NCBI GenBank assembly: GCA_037129095.1
Contig: JBAXVL010000001.1
Span: forward strand, 53,437 to 117,436
Source of the DNA: Actinomycetota bacterium
GTDB lineage: Bacteria; Actinomycetota; Acidimicrobiia; Acidimicrobiales; Ilumatobacteraceae
Direction: 5' to 3'
DNA: 64,000 nucleotides
Shown here: one piece after another, positions 8,481 to 18,307 of the stretch
Layout: every line of letters begins with the position of its first letter
How positions within the stretch are numbered: position 1 is the first letter of the stretch
Program-made: the position numbers and the translations under genes
The notes under the pieces: model-generated
What the model was told of the DNA's origin: nothing
Seen by the model: the letters and a program-made list of their open reading frames with translations, nothing else
Databases searched by the model: none

Positions 8481-9374
8481 ATGTCATCTACACATATTTC
8501 GCGAGTATTGGCAGGGGTTCTTGAACCAGTGACGGGTCAGGTGTACTTCTCTCCCGAATGCCACAGCAATTATCAACAAATGGGATTCGGGCCAAGCCCA
8601 CGAGAGTTAAACGGCGTCATGGCTCCTGATGGTCCCGCTTATTTCACTAGTCGCGGATCCGTGATGGGACACGTACCAGGGCAAGTCGTTGCTGCTGCAT
8701 TTGCAGTGTTCAAACCAGAAGTGGTGTTGCCATCAGTTGCATATGGTTGGACACTGACAGACGCTGCAACTATTTGTGCAGCTCGTGATGATGGCGCCAT
8801 TGCACAATTACATCGCATCATTGGCGAAAAACCGGAAGGCGCACCTAAGGCACGAACATTGCTTTCACGTGCAACCGACGTATTGCGTCCTGAAGGTCGT
8901 GCACTATTTGCTGGTCTAAGTTCGCTCGCAATGCCTGGTTCAGTTGTGGGCGACGTTTGGAGACTCGGAGATATGTTGCGTGAATACCGCGGAGACAGCC
9001 ACACTGCTGCATGGATTAGTGCCGGATTCACAGCATGCGAAATTGGCGTGTTAAGTGAACTGTTCTGGGGAATGCCTATGAAGACATACAGCCGAAGTCG
9101 CGGTTGGAATGAAGCAGATTACGACGAAGCAGTTGAACGCTTGTTGCGAGACGGTCTCATCACCGATGAAGGGACTCTCACTTCGTCTGGCCGTGCCCAG
9201 CGTGAATTGGTGGAACAAAACACCGACAAACAAATGGATTGTGTCGTTCGCGCGCTTGGCTCAGAAATCAATGAATTAATTGCCATTTTGAAGCCATGGG
9301 GAGCCCTAATCAGAGAGAAAAAGGGTTATCCAGCAGCTGGCCCGCACGATCTGGCTGATGCCGCCAATTCCTGA
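8481..9374 (+). CDS. conserved actinobacterial protein with RE-Y-RGD-S-H motif and C-terminal winged-helix-like region (SCO6745-like, from memory)
   Basis: The ATG at 8481 (MSSTHISRV) is used. The 8220..8480 part of the ORF is antisense to the GNAT gene. Motifs are VYFSPE, YFTSRGSVMG, MLREYRGDSHTAAW, SRSRGW and GLITDEGTLTSSG. A paralogue lies at 51874..52743. Confidence 0.65.
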   Translation: MSSTHISRVLAGVLEPVTGQVYFSPECHSNYQQMGFGPSPRELNGVMAPDGPAYFTSRGSVMGHVPGQVVAAAFAVFKPEVVLPSVAYGWTLTDAATICAARDDGAIAQLHRIIGEKPEGAPKARTLLSRATDVLRPEGRALFAGLSSLAMPGSVVGDVWRLGDMLREYRGDSHTAAWISAGFTACEIGVLSELFWGMPMKTYSRSRGWNEADYDEAVERLLRDGLITDEGTLTSSGRAQRELVEQNTDKQMDCVVRALGSEINELIAILKPWGALIREKKGYPAAGPHDLADAANS

Positions 9375-9410
9375 TTTCTCTGCCCATTTTCGGCGATAGA
9401 TTTTGAAGGA

Positions 9411-10319
9411 ATGACGGCTTCAGATCATGTCCGGTGGTTATCCCATCCCACACTTCATAGCCCAGCGGTCATCGCTGCGTTTAGTGGTTGGAACGATGCA
9501 GCCGACGCCTCAAGCACTGCAGTGCGCACTCTCATTGATGCGTGGAATGCAGAACCTCTGGCAGAAATAGATCCAGAAGAATTCACTGACTTCGCAACTA
9601 TTCGCCCGTCAGTACGTTTACTCGACGGTGTTAATCGCACCATCGTGTGGCCAAAGGTAAGCCTCTGGCATGCAAGCACTCCTGGTGCAGACGTCATTTT
9701 GATTCTTGGTCCAGAGCCAAGTTTGAAGTGGCGCCTGTTTACCGAACAGATTGTCAGCGTCGCTGCTCGATTCGAAGCATCAATGGTGCTGTCGCTCGGT
9801 GCGCTGCTTGCAGACGTTCCTCATTCACGCGACGTGCGTGTCATGGGCACCGCAAATGACCAGCCGACTATTGACAGATTTGATTTGCAACGGTCACGCT
9901 ACGAAGGTCCCACCGGAATCGTTGGCGTGTTGCATGATGCATGTTCGCAAGCTTCTATTCCGTCAGCATCGCTGTGGGCTGCAGTACCTGCATACGCATC
10001 ACAAATTCCTTCTCCCAAAGCGGCAAGTGCACTTATGGCACGCGCCGGAGAAATAATCGGTACACCCGCCCCCCTGTCGGCACTTCATAACTTTGTCGTT
10101 GCATACGACAATAAAGTCAATGAACTTATTGAAGACGACGATGACCTCCGTGAATATGTAGAGCGTCTTGATTCAATGGGCGACGATATTTTCGATCAAG
10201 AAGATTCGCCACAACTTTCTTTTGAATTTGGTGAAGAAGATTCTGAAGAAACTGAAGTTGATGCTCACTCACTAGTTGATGAAGTTGAACAGTTTTTGCG
10301 TGATCAGGGTACGAATTAA
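9411..10319 (+). CDS. PAC2 (proteasome assembly chaperone 2-like) family protein
   Basis: PAVIAAFSGWNDAADASSTAV at the N-terminus, GPTGIVGVL in the middle, and a highly acidic C-terminal tail, as in actinobacterial PAC2 proteins. Confidence 0.8.
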   Translation: MTASDHVRWLSHPTLHSPAVIAAFSGWNDAADASSTAVRTLIDAWNAEPLAEIDPEEFTDFATIRPSVRLLDGVNRTIVWPKVSLWHASTPGADVILILGPEPSLKWRLFTEQIVSVAARFEASMVLSLGALLADVPHSRDVRVMGTANDQPTIDRFDLQRSRYEGPTGIVGVLHDACSQASIPSASLWAAVPAYASQIPSPKAASALMARAGEIIGTPAPLSALHNFVVAYDNKVNELIEDDDDLREYVERLDSMGDDIFDQEDSPQLSFEFGEEDSEETEVDAHSLVDEVEQFLRDQGTN

Positions 10320-11033
10320 TTAATTCGAGTGATCGCCGCGCCACATGTGTTCGCGCGGAGCATCAAATGTTGCAGGGTTGATATCACCGGCAATAGCAGC
10401 AAACGCCATATCACCCCACCATTGCGCACCTGCCGTTGGCGTTGGTAGTTCATCTGGCCCAAACCAACCAACATCACCGGTTTCTAACGGGTGACCTTGC
10501 AATTCACCACCTGTTGCACGAAGGTGAAACAGCAACATGTACATACCAAAGCGCGAGAAACCCATGCGCATGCCATCAACTACACCAAGCAGTTGTAATG
10601 GTTCAGCAATGATTCCGGTTTCTTCTTCTACTTCTTTCATTGCAACTTCAGCAGGCGAATACCCCACATCGGCCCAGCCTGTGGGATACAGCCAGACTCC
10701 GCTGTCTTTGCGTTGAACGAGAAGAATTTTCCCTTCGTCATTTCCGACTATTGCGCCAATTGCAACTTTCGGAGTGACATACCCAGGAATCCCTTCTCCG
10801 ATTGATTCCATCCACTCTTGAACAAAGTGATCTTGTTCACGACGAGTTTCAACAGCGTCATCTGCCGCATATTTAATGTCAGCAGCAACTTTGAGAACTT
10901 CTTCATAGCGCTCTTTTTCATAAAGACTTTGTGTAAAACCCATTCCAGTACGCGCAATGGCTGCAAGCGTTTCGCTCCACCGAATGAGATCTTTTGTGAA
11001 GTACTGAGGTTCTGCATCACTCATGCTGTTCAC
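10320..11033 (-). CDS. NUDIX hydrolase with N-terminal Nudix_N_2-type domain
   Basis: The N-terminal LIRWSETLAAIARTGMGFTQSLYEKERYEEV domain. The Nudix box is GWADVGYSPAEVAMKEVEEETGI (G-x5-E-x7-REVxEExGI-like). Confidence 0.85.
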   Translation of the reverse strand: MNSMSDAEPQYFTKDLIRWSETLAAIARTGMGFTQSLYEKERYEEVLKVAADIKYAADDAVETRREQDHFVQEWMESIGEGIPGYVTPKVAIGAIVGNDEGKILLVQRKDSGVWLYPTGWADVGYSPAEVAMKEVEEETGIIAEPLQLLGVVDGMRMGFSRFGMYMLLFHLRATGGELQGHPLETGDVGWFGPDELPTPTAGAQWWGDMAFAAIAGDINPATFDAPREHMWRGDHSN

Positions 11034-11053
11034 CTTACTGGGTGTAACGCTGG

Positions 11054-13339
11054 CTACTTCTCGCCTAGAGCATGCAATATGGCGCGAGCAATCTCTTTTT
11101 TATACGCCTCATCTGTAATCCGCTCACCATGTGATTCCCTCACGTAAAACGAGTCAACAACTTCGTTTCCCAGAGTTAACACTCGAGCATGACGAATGTC
11201 TAGTCCACAATCGGCAATGGCCTTTGTGATGCGGTGCAGAACTCCGACCATGTCTGGTGCACGCACTTCAAGGAAGGTTGCGTTTGATGAGGCTGTGTCG
11301 TCAAATCGAACGTTCGGTGCCGCCGGAGCAACTGCCGATGTGGCACGTTTTGGCCGCGCATTTGCGGCACGATCTGCTAAACGAGAATCAAGAGCGAGTC
11401 GGCCAGAGAGTGCAAGCCGAAGATTTGTTTCAATTGGCGCCCAATCAATTTCACCGTGTTGGCTAGACACGCGAAATTCTGAAGCGGCCATACCTTGTTC
11501 ATCAGAGTGTGCTTCAGCTCCCAGCACGTCCATGTTGTACAACGACAAAACTCCCGCTACACGACTAAACGTTCCGGGTTTGTCAGGGCTAACAACTGTC
11601 ACTCGGTCTGGTTGCGTACGGATTGCAATTTCGCCAGCGGCCATCAGTTCCAGTACCGCTGCATCTGGGAAAAGACGCCACATCACTTCTGTCATATCGC
11701 CACCGCCTAAGACATGGCGAGCGCGCTCAACTAACAAAGCAACGAGTTCAGCTTTCCAATCGCTCCAAGCAGAGGGTCCAGTTGCTAAGGAATCAGCTTG
11801 GGTCAACGCATGCAATAGGTCCAACACAACAGTTGATTGCAAATGACTGGTGACCATTGTGATGGTGGCATCGTCTGACAAGTCACGACGCGTAGCTGTA
11901 TCAGCAAGCAATAAATGGTGCTCAATAAGCAAACTTATAATTCGCTGATCCGATTCAGACATTCCCATGCGGGCCCCAATATCTGCGAACAGTGTCATTC
12001 CTACTTCAGTGTGATCTCCTGGGTATCCCTTTCCAAGATCATGAAACAGCGCGGCTAAAACCAATAAGTCAGGACGCACAACACGATGAACAAGTTCAAC
12101 GGCGTTTGCGACTGTCTGCCATAAATGACGATCGACGGTATAGCGATGAAATGCATTGCGCTGCGGCTTACTGCGAACTGACGCCCATTCGGGTAACACA
12201 CGAACTAACAAGTTCCGCTGATCAAGCGATTCGAGAACTGGAATCGCAGACTGCCCTTCAAGTAGCAATGCAACCAGATCATCGCTTGCTCCTGCTGGCC
12301 ACGGGTCGGGCCACTGGGGAGACAACTCACCAAGGCGATTCAAGGATGCGCGATCTATGCGCGCGCCGAGGCGAGCTGCCGCTGTCGCGACGCGCAACAA
12401 CAAGGTTGGATCATCTGCAACGTTCACTGATTCATCAAGGTGTACTTCACCGTTGATGAGTTGAACCCCAGGAGCAAGCGGCTGAGGGATTGGCGAGCGA
12501 TCTTTCGGTGGGTCAAGACGAGCCCACGCTTCATCTGCAATCCAAGCAACTTCACGACCTACTTCGGCAACTGCTGCCATGAGGGCATCATCAGTTGTGT
12601 ACCCAGCCATTGGGGCAACTGGTGCTTGATCTTCTAGTCGCAAGATTTCACTAGCGCGACCCACATGTCGATGTAACGCGACACGTACACGTAAGAGAAC
12701 TTCGTTGCAACGGTCTAACTGTCGGCGGTCATCAGATGAGAGATCAAGTCCAGCATCAACAGCCCACTGCAATGCATGAATATCGCGCAGCCCACCAAGA
12801 CCTTCTTTAAGGTTTGGCTCAAGCAAAAATGCGACTTCTCCATCCTTTGCATATCGCTCAAGAATGCGTGCATGTAATTGCACGAGCCACTGTCGGCCAT
12901 CTTTTTTCCAACTTGCAGATGCTTCACTAATGAGGTCATTACCAAGTTTCTGATTGCCTGCGATGACCCGAGCAGTTACCAACGCGGTAGCAGTATCAAG
13001 GTCAGACTCACATAACTGAATCGTTTCTTTGGGTGTGCGCACTGCATGGCCCAACTTGATACCTGCATCCCAAATTGGATACCACATCTTTGAAGCAATT
13101 TCGGAAATATTTTTTACTGACTTATGCACCAATAAAATATCGAGGTCGCTATGTGGCGCAAGTTCGCGTCTGCCGTATCCACCGACTGCAATCAACACTA
13201 TGTCGTCGCGCTTTTTCTCTCCGGCAGTCGCAGCATCAAAGATTTCTGCCAACCACGCATCTGTGACATCAGATAACACATGGCATGCGACAAGTCCGGT
13301 TACTGACGTATCACCAATGACCTCGGCTCTAGTGGTCAT
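11054..13339 (-). CDS. glnD: [protein-PII] uridylyl/adenylyl-transferase GlnD
   Basis: 761 aa. It has the nucleotidyltransferase motif AVGGYGRRELAPHSDLDILLV, an HD domain (HRYTVDRHL ... AALFHDLGKG), and two C-terminal ACT-like segments (VVSPDKPGTFSRVAGVLS; VRAPDMVGVLHRITKAIA). Confidence 0.9.
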   Translation of the reverse strand: MTTRAEVIGDTSVTGLVACHVLSDVTDAWLAEIFDAATAGEKKRDDIVLIAVGGYGRRELAPHSDLDILLVHKSVKNISEIASKMWYPIWDAGIKLGHAVRTPKETIQLCESDLDTATALVTARVIAGNQKLGNDLISEASASWKKDGRQWLVQLHARILERYAKDGEVAFLLEPNLKEGLGGLRDIHALQWAVDAGLDLSSDDRRQLDRCNEVLLRVRVALHRHVGRASEILRLEDQAPVAPMAGYTTDDALMAAVAEVGREVAWIADEAWARLDPPKDRSPIPQPLAPGVQLINGEVHLDESVNVADDPTLLLRVATAAARLGARIDRASLNRLGELSPQWPDPWPAGASDDLVALLLEGQSAIPVLESLDQRNLLVRVLPEWASVRSKPQRNAFHRYTVDRHLWQTVANAVELVHRVVRPDLLVLAALFHDLGKGYPGDHTEVGMTLFADIGARMGMSESDQRIISLLIEHHLLLADTATRRDLSDDATITMVTSHLQSTVVLDLLHALTQADSLATGPSAWSDWKAELVALLVERARHVLGGGDMTEVMWRLFPDAAVLELMAAGEIAIRTQPDRVTVVSPDKPGTFSRVAGVLSLYNMDVLGAEAHSDEQGMAASEFRVSSQHGEIDWAPIETNLRLALSGRLALDSRLADRAANARPKRATSAVAPAAPNVRFDDTASSNATFLEVRAPDMVGVLHRITKAIADCGLDIRHARVLTLGNEVVDSFYVRESHGERITDEAYKKEIARAILHALGEK

Positions 13340-13821
13340 GACGGAATGCTCCCATCTTCACGACGGCGCATCAGAATTGTTGCGGCCTTCCAAGCGCCCC
13401 AAGAGATACCAGCATCGTGAACCTCTTCACCAAGGTCTCGCCATGTCAATGGTCCGATTGCAAACACATCGTTCGGCATTGCTCGTACTTCGTATTCGTC
13501 GCGTCGCGCAGGCATGACCCCTGAGATTGTCAAAAGTTGAGTTGCAAATGAAGTCGAAGCACGCAATACATGTAATGGATTTGACTGTTGTGCATCAACA
13601 TCGGTGGCAAGTAGCGACAACAATTCTTTTGAAATAAATTCAAGCGTCTGTTCGACAACAACTGTGACAGCAGTTGCAAATTCACTTGAAGTCTCATCAA
13701 TACTCATAGATGCAATTTCTGTGACCTGAGCAGAAATCCATTGCGGGACGGCACGAGTGACAGCCAGAAACAAGTCGCGCGCATATGGCTCTAATTGAAG
13801 GACCTCGGGTTGGTTGACCAT
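13336..13821 (-). CDS. hypothetical protein, translationally coupled to glnD
   Basis: 161-aa ORF whose stop overlaps the glnD start (ATGA at 13336-13339). No family recognised. Confidence 0.5.
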   Translation of the reverse strand: MVNQPEVLQLEPYARDLFLAVTRAVPQWISAQVTEIASMSIDETSSEFATAVTVVVEQTLEFISKELLSLLATDVDAQQSNPLHVLRASTSFATQLLTISGVMPARRDEYEVRAMPNDVFAIGPLTWRDLGEEVHDAGISWGAWKAATILMRRREDGSIPS

Positions 13822-13917
13822 ATCTAAATGGAGTGTACGGAGCCAGAACTAGCCACACCCCACACGAAACAAAGTTGCAACAATTGTCTTGTCGCCCTCA
13901 GCGACTAAACATAAGGC

Positions 13918-14730
13918 ATGACTCATTCATTGGTTTTGGCAGGTGGCGGCGTTACTGGAGTTGCATGGGAAACAGGAGTCCTCCTCGGGCTCCGAGATGC
14001 TGGTCACGACATTCTCAGAGATATTGACCAAGTCGTCGGCACATCTGCAGGTTCCACTGTGGGTGCTCAAATTCTGTCTGGCACCGACCTTGAAGATTTG
14101 TACGCCGGACAAATTGCGGAGAACCACAATGAGATTTCCCCCCAACTAGATCTTGATGCACTCGCAACTATTTTTGGCGAAATGGCGTTAGGCGGAACCA
14201 CTACTGATGACCAACGCATTCGTATCGGAGAACTTGCACTCACCTCTGTCACGGTGGACGAACCAACACGACGTGCTGTCATTGAAAAGCGTCTTCCTTC
14301 ACATGATTGGCCAAGCACTCCGTTAATTCTGACCGCAATCGATGCGCTGACAGGAGAATTTGTTACGTGGACAAAAGACAGTGGAGTTTCTCTTATTGAT
14401 GCTGTGACATCAAGTTGTGCAGTACCGAGTGTTTGGCCATGCGTGACTATCAATGGTCGTCGGTATTACGACGGCGGATTACGCAATAGTGCAAATGCAT
14501 ATTTGGCAAAAGGTCATTCCAACATCACCGTAATTGCGCCAATGACCGGCGGGCCATCTCCCATTGTTGATGCTGAACTTGATGAACTAAAAGCATCGGG
14601 AAGCACGATTCGCATGATTGTCGCTGATGCCGAGGCAATCGAAGCAATGGGGCCCAACTCACTTGATCCACGCTTTCGCCGTGTTGCGGCAGAACATGGC
14701 CGTAGACAGGGTCGAATCGCTTCAATCTGA
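13918..14730 (+). CDS. patatin-like phospholipase
   Basis: The oxyanion motif LAGGGVTGVAWETGVL, the GxSxG nucleophile VGTSAGS and the catalytic Asp motif YYDGGL. Confidence 0.85.
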   Translation: MTHSLVLAGGGVTGVAWETGVLLGLRDAGHDILRDIDQVVGTSAGSTVGAQILSGTDLEDLYAGQIAENHNEISPQLDLDALATIFGEMALGGTTTDDQRIRIGELALTSVTVDEPTRRAVIEKRLPSHDWPSTPLILTAIDALTGEFVTWTKDSGVSLIDAVTSSCAVPSVWPCVTINGRRYYDGGLRNSANAYLAKGHSNITVIAPMTGGPSPIVDAELDELKASGSTIRMIVADAEAIEAMGPNSLDPRFRRVAAEHGRRQGRIASI

Positions 14731-14797
14731 ACGCACTTGATATTCGTTGGGGTTGGGCTAAGTCACTAGAATTGCAACACCACCTACGGAGGTTTTT

Positions 14798-17056
14798 ATG
14801 ACGTTCAATCCCACTACTCCTCCGGGATTTCCAGGCACTATCGGACGCACGATTGCTGAGTCGACTCCACACTTTCCAACTGACGACGGTGACGGCACAA
14901 AGCCAAATATTTTGATTGTGTTGCTCGACGATGTCGGCTTTGCTGACTTTGGTTGCTACGGCTCTGAGAATGCGACACCTATCATCGACTCCATCGCACA
15001 ACGTGGATTGCGATTCTCTGGGTTCCACACCACTGCAATGTGTTCAACTACTCGTGCAGCAATTCATACCGGTCGCAATCATCACTCTGTTGGTGTTGGA
15101 TGTCTTGCAAACTTTGACAGTGGCTATCCCGGCTATCGCGGAAAGATCGCAAAGGAAGCCGGCACGCTGGCCGAAATGTTGCGACCTCATGGTTATCGCA
15201 ACTACATGGTGGGTAAATGGCACGTCACACCACTGACGGAAACAGGGCCAACAGGACCCTTCGATGGCTGGCCACTCGCACGTGGCTTTGATCGTTTCTA
15301 CGGATTTCTTGATGCCGAAACAGATCAGTTCAGTCCCGAAGTAGTGCGTGACAATTCACATGTCACTGCACCCGGAACTTATTGGACCGGATATCACCTC
15401 ACTGAAGATCTTGTCGACAACGCCGTCACCTATCTTGCAGACCACACAGCTGGCGCACCGAACTCGCCATGGTTTATGTTGCTTGCACCAGGCGCGTGCC
15501 ATGCTCCACATCAAGCACCGGTGCCAATCATTGACCGTTGCGAGCAGTACTACGTAGATGGTTGGGATGCCGCACGTGAACGTCGTCTTGCAAATCAAAT
15601 CAGACTTGGTCTTGTGCCAGCTGGTACCGAACTTCCTGCGCGTAATGATTTTGTTCTGCCATGGGACGACGTACCTGCTGAACAGAAGCCACTCTTTGTT
15701 CGCCTCATGGCTGCATACGCCGCAATGTTGGAACACTTTGATGAGAATTTGGCTCGCGTTATCAAACAACTTGAAGTATCAGGGCAATTAGACAACACCG
15801 TCATCATGGTGATGAGCGATAACGGCGCCAGCCAAGAAGGTGGCCCGTGGGGATTCATTAATGCCATGGGTCCTTTCAACCTAATTCCCGAATCAATCGA
15901 AGAAAAGATCGCAAAGGTTGGCGATATTGGTGGGCCTGATACGCACAGCAACTTCCCATGGGGTTGGGCGATGGCTGCAAATACTCCACTCAAGCGATAC
16001 AAACAGAACACACACTCAGGTGGCATTCGCGATCCGTTTGTTCTGTCATGGCCAGGTGTTGTGAAGGATGAAGGCGGACTGCGCCATAACTTCTGTCATG
16101 CCATCGACCTTGCACCCACCATTCTTGACATGCTGGGACTAGAAGCACCGTCCACCATTAACGGAATAGCGCAGATGCCAATTGAAGGAACTTCTTTTGC
16201 ACCAGTTCTTGCGAACGCAGATGCAGTCATCAATCGCGGTCCTCAGTATTTCGAGATGTTTGGTCATCGTGGATTATGGGAAGACGGTTGGAAAGCCGTT
16301 GCGTTTCACCAAATGGGAACTTCATTTGAAGATGACAAGTGGGAGCTCTACAACCTTGATGTTGACTTCAACGAATGCAATGACTTAGCTGAAGTAGAAC
16401 CAGAACGACTTGCACGCATGGTTAACAAGTGGTGGGAAGAAGCAAACAAGCACAGTGTTCTTCCGCTTGATGACAGATTCGCTCCTCGCTTTGTTGAGAA
16501 CGCAGAGCGACACACCGGCGCACGCACCAACTACACCTTCTGGCGTGGAATGGGCCACTTACCGTCAGACGTCGCACCAGATCTTCGAAGTCGTTCGTAC
16601 ACCATCTCGGCACTAATTGATATTCCGAAAGATGGATGCGAAGGCGTCATCATTTCGCACGGTGACCTCACTAGTGGGTACAGCCTCTTCGTTCGTGATG
16701 GCCATCTTGAACACGACCTCAATATTGGTGGTTCACATCAGATGTTGCGTTCTGATAAGCCGCTAACACCAGGCGCCCATATCGTTGGCGTTCGTATGAA
16801 ACGAAACGGAAACGAAGGAACACTCACCATGTTCATTGATGATGTTCAAGTGGGCACTATGACCACCAACAACATTTTCTGGATTCTTATTTCATGGTCA
16901 GGTCTTGACATCGGGCTTGACCGCGGTACACCAGTAAGCAATTACGAATCACCATTCTTGTTTACGGGTCATCTCACCAAAGTGGAGATCAACCTCGATA
17001 ATGATCAAGTGCTCGACTTTCACGGCGAGAGTCGCGCCACCATGGCGCGCGACTAA
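14798..17056 (+). CDS. arylsulfatase (type I sulfatase family, long form)
   Basis: PNILIVLLDDVGFADFGCYGS ... MCSTTRAAIHTGRNHH ... MVGKWH ... VIMVMSDNGAS are sulfatase motifs. The active-site pentapeptide reads C-S-T-T-R at nt 15041-15055. Confidence 0.9.
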   Translation: MTFNPTTPPGFPGTIGRTIAESTPHFPTDDGDGTKPNILIVLLDDVGFADFGCYGSENATPIIDSIAQRGLRFSGFHTTAMCSTTRAAIHTGRNHHSVGVGCLANFDSGYPGYRGKIAKEAGTLAEMLRPHGYRNYMVGKWHVTPLTETGPTGPFDGWPLARGFDRFYGFLDAETDQFSPEVVRDNSHVTAPGTYWTGYHLTEDLVDNAVTYLADHTAGAPNSPWFMLLAPGACHAPHQAPVPIIDRCEQYYVDGWDAARERRLANQIRLGLVPAGTELPARNDFVLPWDDVPAEQKPLFVRLMAAYAAMLEHFDENLARVIKQLEVSGQLDNTVIMVMSDNGASQEGGPWGFINAMGPFNLIPESIEEKIAKVGDIGGPDTHSNFPWGWAMAANTPLKRYKQNTHSGGIRDPFVLSWPGVVKDEGGLRHNFCHAIDLAPTILDMLGLEAPSTINGIAQMPIEGTSFAPVLANADAVINRGPQYFEMFGHRGLWEDGWKAVAFHQMGTSFEDDKWELYNLDVDFNECNDLAEVEPERLARMVNKWWEEANKHSVLPLDDRFAPRFVENAERHTGARTNYTFWRGMGHLPSDVAPDLRSRSYTISALIDIPKDGCEGVIISHGDLTSGYSLFVRDGHLEHDLNIGGSHQMLRSDKPLTPGAHIVGVRMKRNGNEGTLTMFIDDVQVGTMTTNNIFWILISWSGLDIGLDRGTPVSNYESPFLFTGHLTKVEINLDNDQVLDFHGESRATMARD

Positions 17057-17063
17057 TACGTCC

Positions 17064-18251
17064 TTATTTTCTTCCAGCGGCAGGGACTTCGCTAAAGGGC
17101 ATATCACGGTCTATCTGAGGTTCTTTTGGTAATCCCAGTATCAATTCACCAATAATGTTTCTCTGAATTTGGTCTGTGCCACCACCAATTGAAGTGAAAT
17201 ATGCATTGAGTTGCGAATAGTTTGCATCGCGAGATGACGGATTTTGATCGCCATCAAGTGCACCCGCTGCACCAAGCAACTCCCCATGCAAGTGACCCGC
17301 AAAATGCAAGATGCCAGACATGTTGAGTTTTCCAAGTGATGCAAGTGGAGAAGAACCGCCGGCTTCAGTGACAGCCTTTGCTCGATCACCATTCCAATCG
17401 TTCGTCAAACGCATGCAATACAACTTCGCTAATTTTTGTCGGATAACTGAATCACCTGATTTGCCCAGTGATTGCGCAACTTTTACTAAAGAAAGATCTG
17501 GCGAAGGAATATTTCCGTGCGCCGCCGATGTTGCGCCACCAGGTCCACGAGGGCCACGGCGGGAAATGCCCATTACTGCTCGCTCATATGCAAGCGCCGA
17601 CTGCAGGACCCACCATCCCTTGTTTAGATCACCTAAGACGTTTACGTTCGGAACCTTTGCTTCGGTGATGAACACTTCATTGAAACGAGAGTCACCAGTT
17701 GCCTGACGTAACGGCCGAACCTCTACTCCGTTTTGTTTCATTGGAAACCAGAAAAATGAAATGCCGCGGTGTTTTGGTTGATCCCAATCAGTACGAGCAA
17801 TCAACATGCCGATATCTGCATCCTTCGCACCAGATGTCCACACCTTTTGTCCGTTGACGACCCACTCTTCGCCATCGCGCACTGCCGTTGTGCGAATACC
17901 AGCAAGGTCTGACCCTGCACCTGGCTCGCTGTACAACAGACACATTGCTACTTCGTCTAATAACAACTTGCGAAGGTACTGCGCTTTTAATTCGTCGGTG
18001 CCGAACCCCACCAAAGTGCCAGCCCACAGATTTGTTTTATCTTGCCCGGTTCCAGGAGCACCTGCTGCAGCAAACACTGCTTCAACTTCTTCGGCAACAT
18101 CGTCTGCTAGCCCACGACCAAACCATTCAACAGGCCACCGCAATGCAGCCCATTGTGCATCAACGACTGTCTCTCGCCATGCAGCCAGGTCATTTCCTGG
18201 TTTCCAATTTTCTGCAAGAAACGCTTCTGCCTCGCGCACTATGTCATTCAT
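17064..18251 (-). CDS. acyl-CoA dehydrogenase family protein
   Basis: CLLYSEPGAGSDLAGIRTTA.RDGEEWVVNGQKVWTSGA and the C-terminal GGGTDQIQRNIIGE motif. Confidence 0.9.
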   Translation of the reverse strand: MNDIVREAEAFLAENWKPGNDLAAWRETVVDAQWAALRWPVEWFGRGLADDVAEEVEAVFAAAGAPGTGQDKTNLWAGTLVGFGTDELKAQYLRKLLLDEVAMCLLYSEPGAGSDLAGIRTTAVRDGEEWVVNGQKVWTSGAKDADIGMLIARTDWDQPKHRGISFFWFPMKQNGVEVRPLRQATGDSRFNEVFITEAKVPNVNVLGDLNKGWWVLQSALAYERAVMGISRRGPRGPGGATSAAHGNIPSPDLSLVKVAQSLGKSGDSVIRQKLAKLYCMRLTNDWNGDRAKAVTEAGGSSPLASLGKLNMSGILHFAGHLHGELLGAAGALDGDQNPSSRDANYSQLNAYFTSIGGGTDQIQRNIIGELILGLPKEPQIDRDMPFSEVPAAGRK

Positions 18252-18307
18252 ATTGTGCCCCCGCTATTCGTGATGAGTTGAGACTAGACCGTTACACGCA
18301 TCACGGT

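Noticed and set aside
11196-11846. 216-aa plus-strand ORF
   Set aside because: It is antisense to glnD, has a low-complexity Ser/Ala/Arg-rich translation, and is a shadow ORF.
14525-15028. 167-aa minus-strand ORF spanning the patatin/sulfatase junction
   Set aside because: It overlaps the ends of two well-supported plus-strand genes and has no motif.
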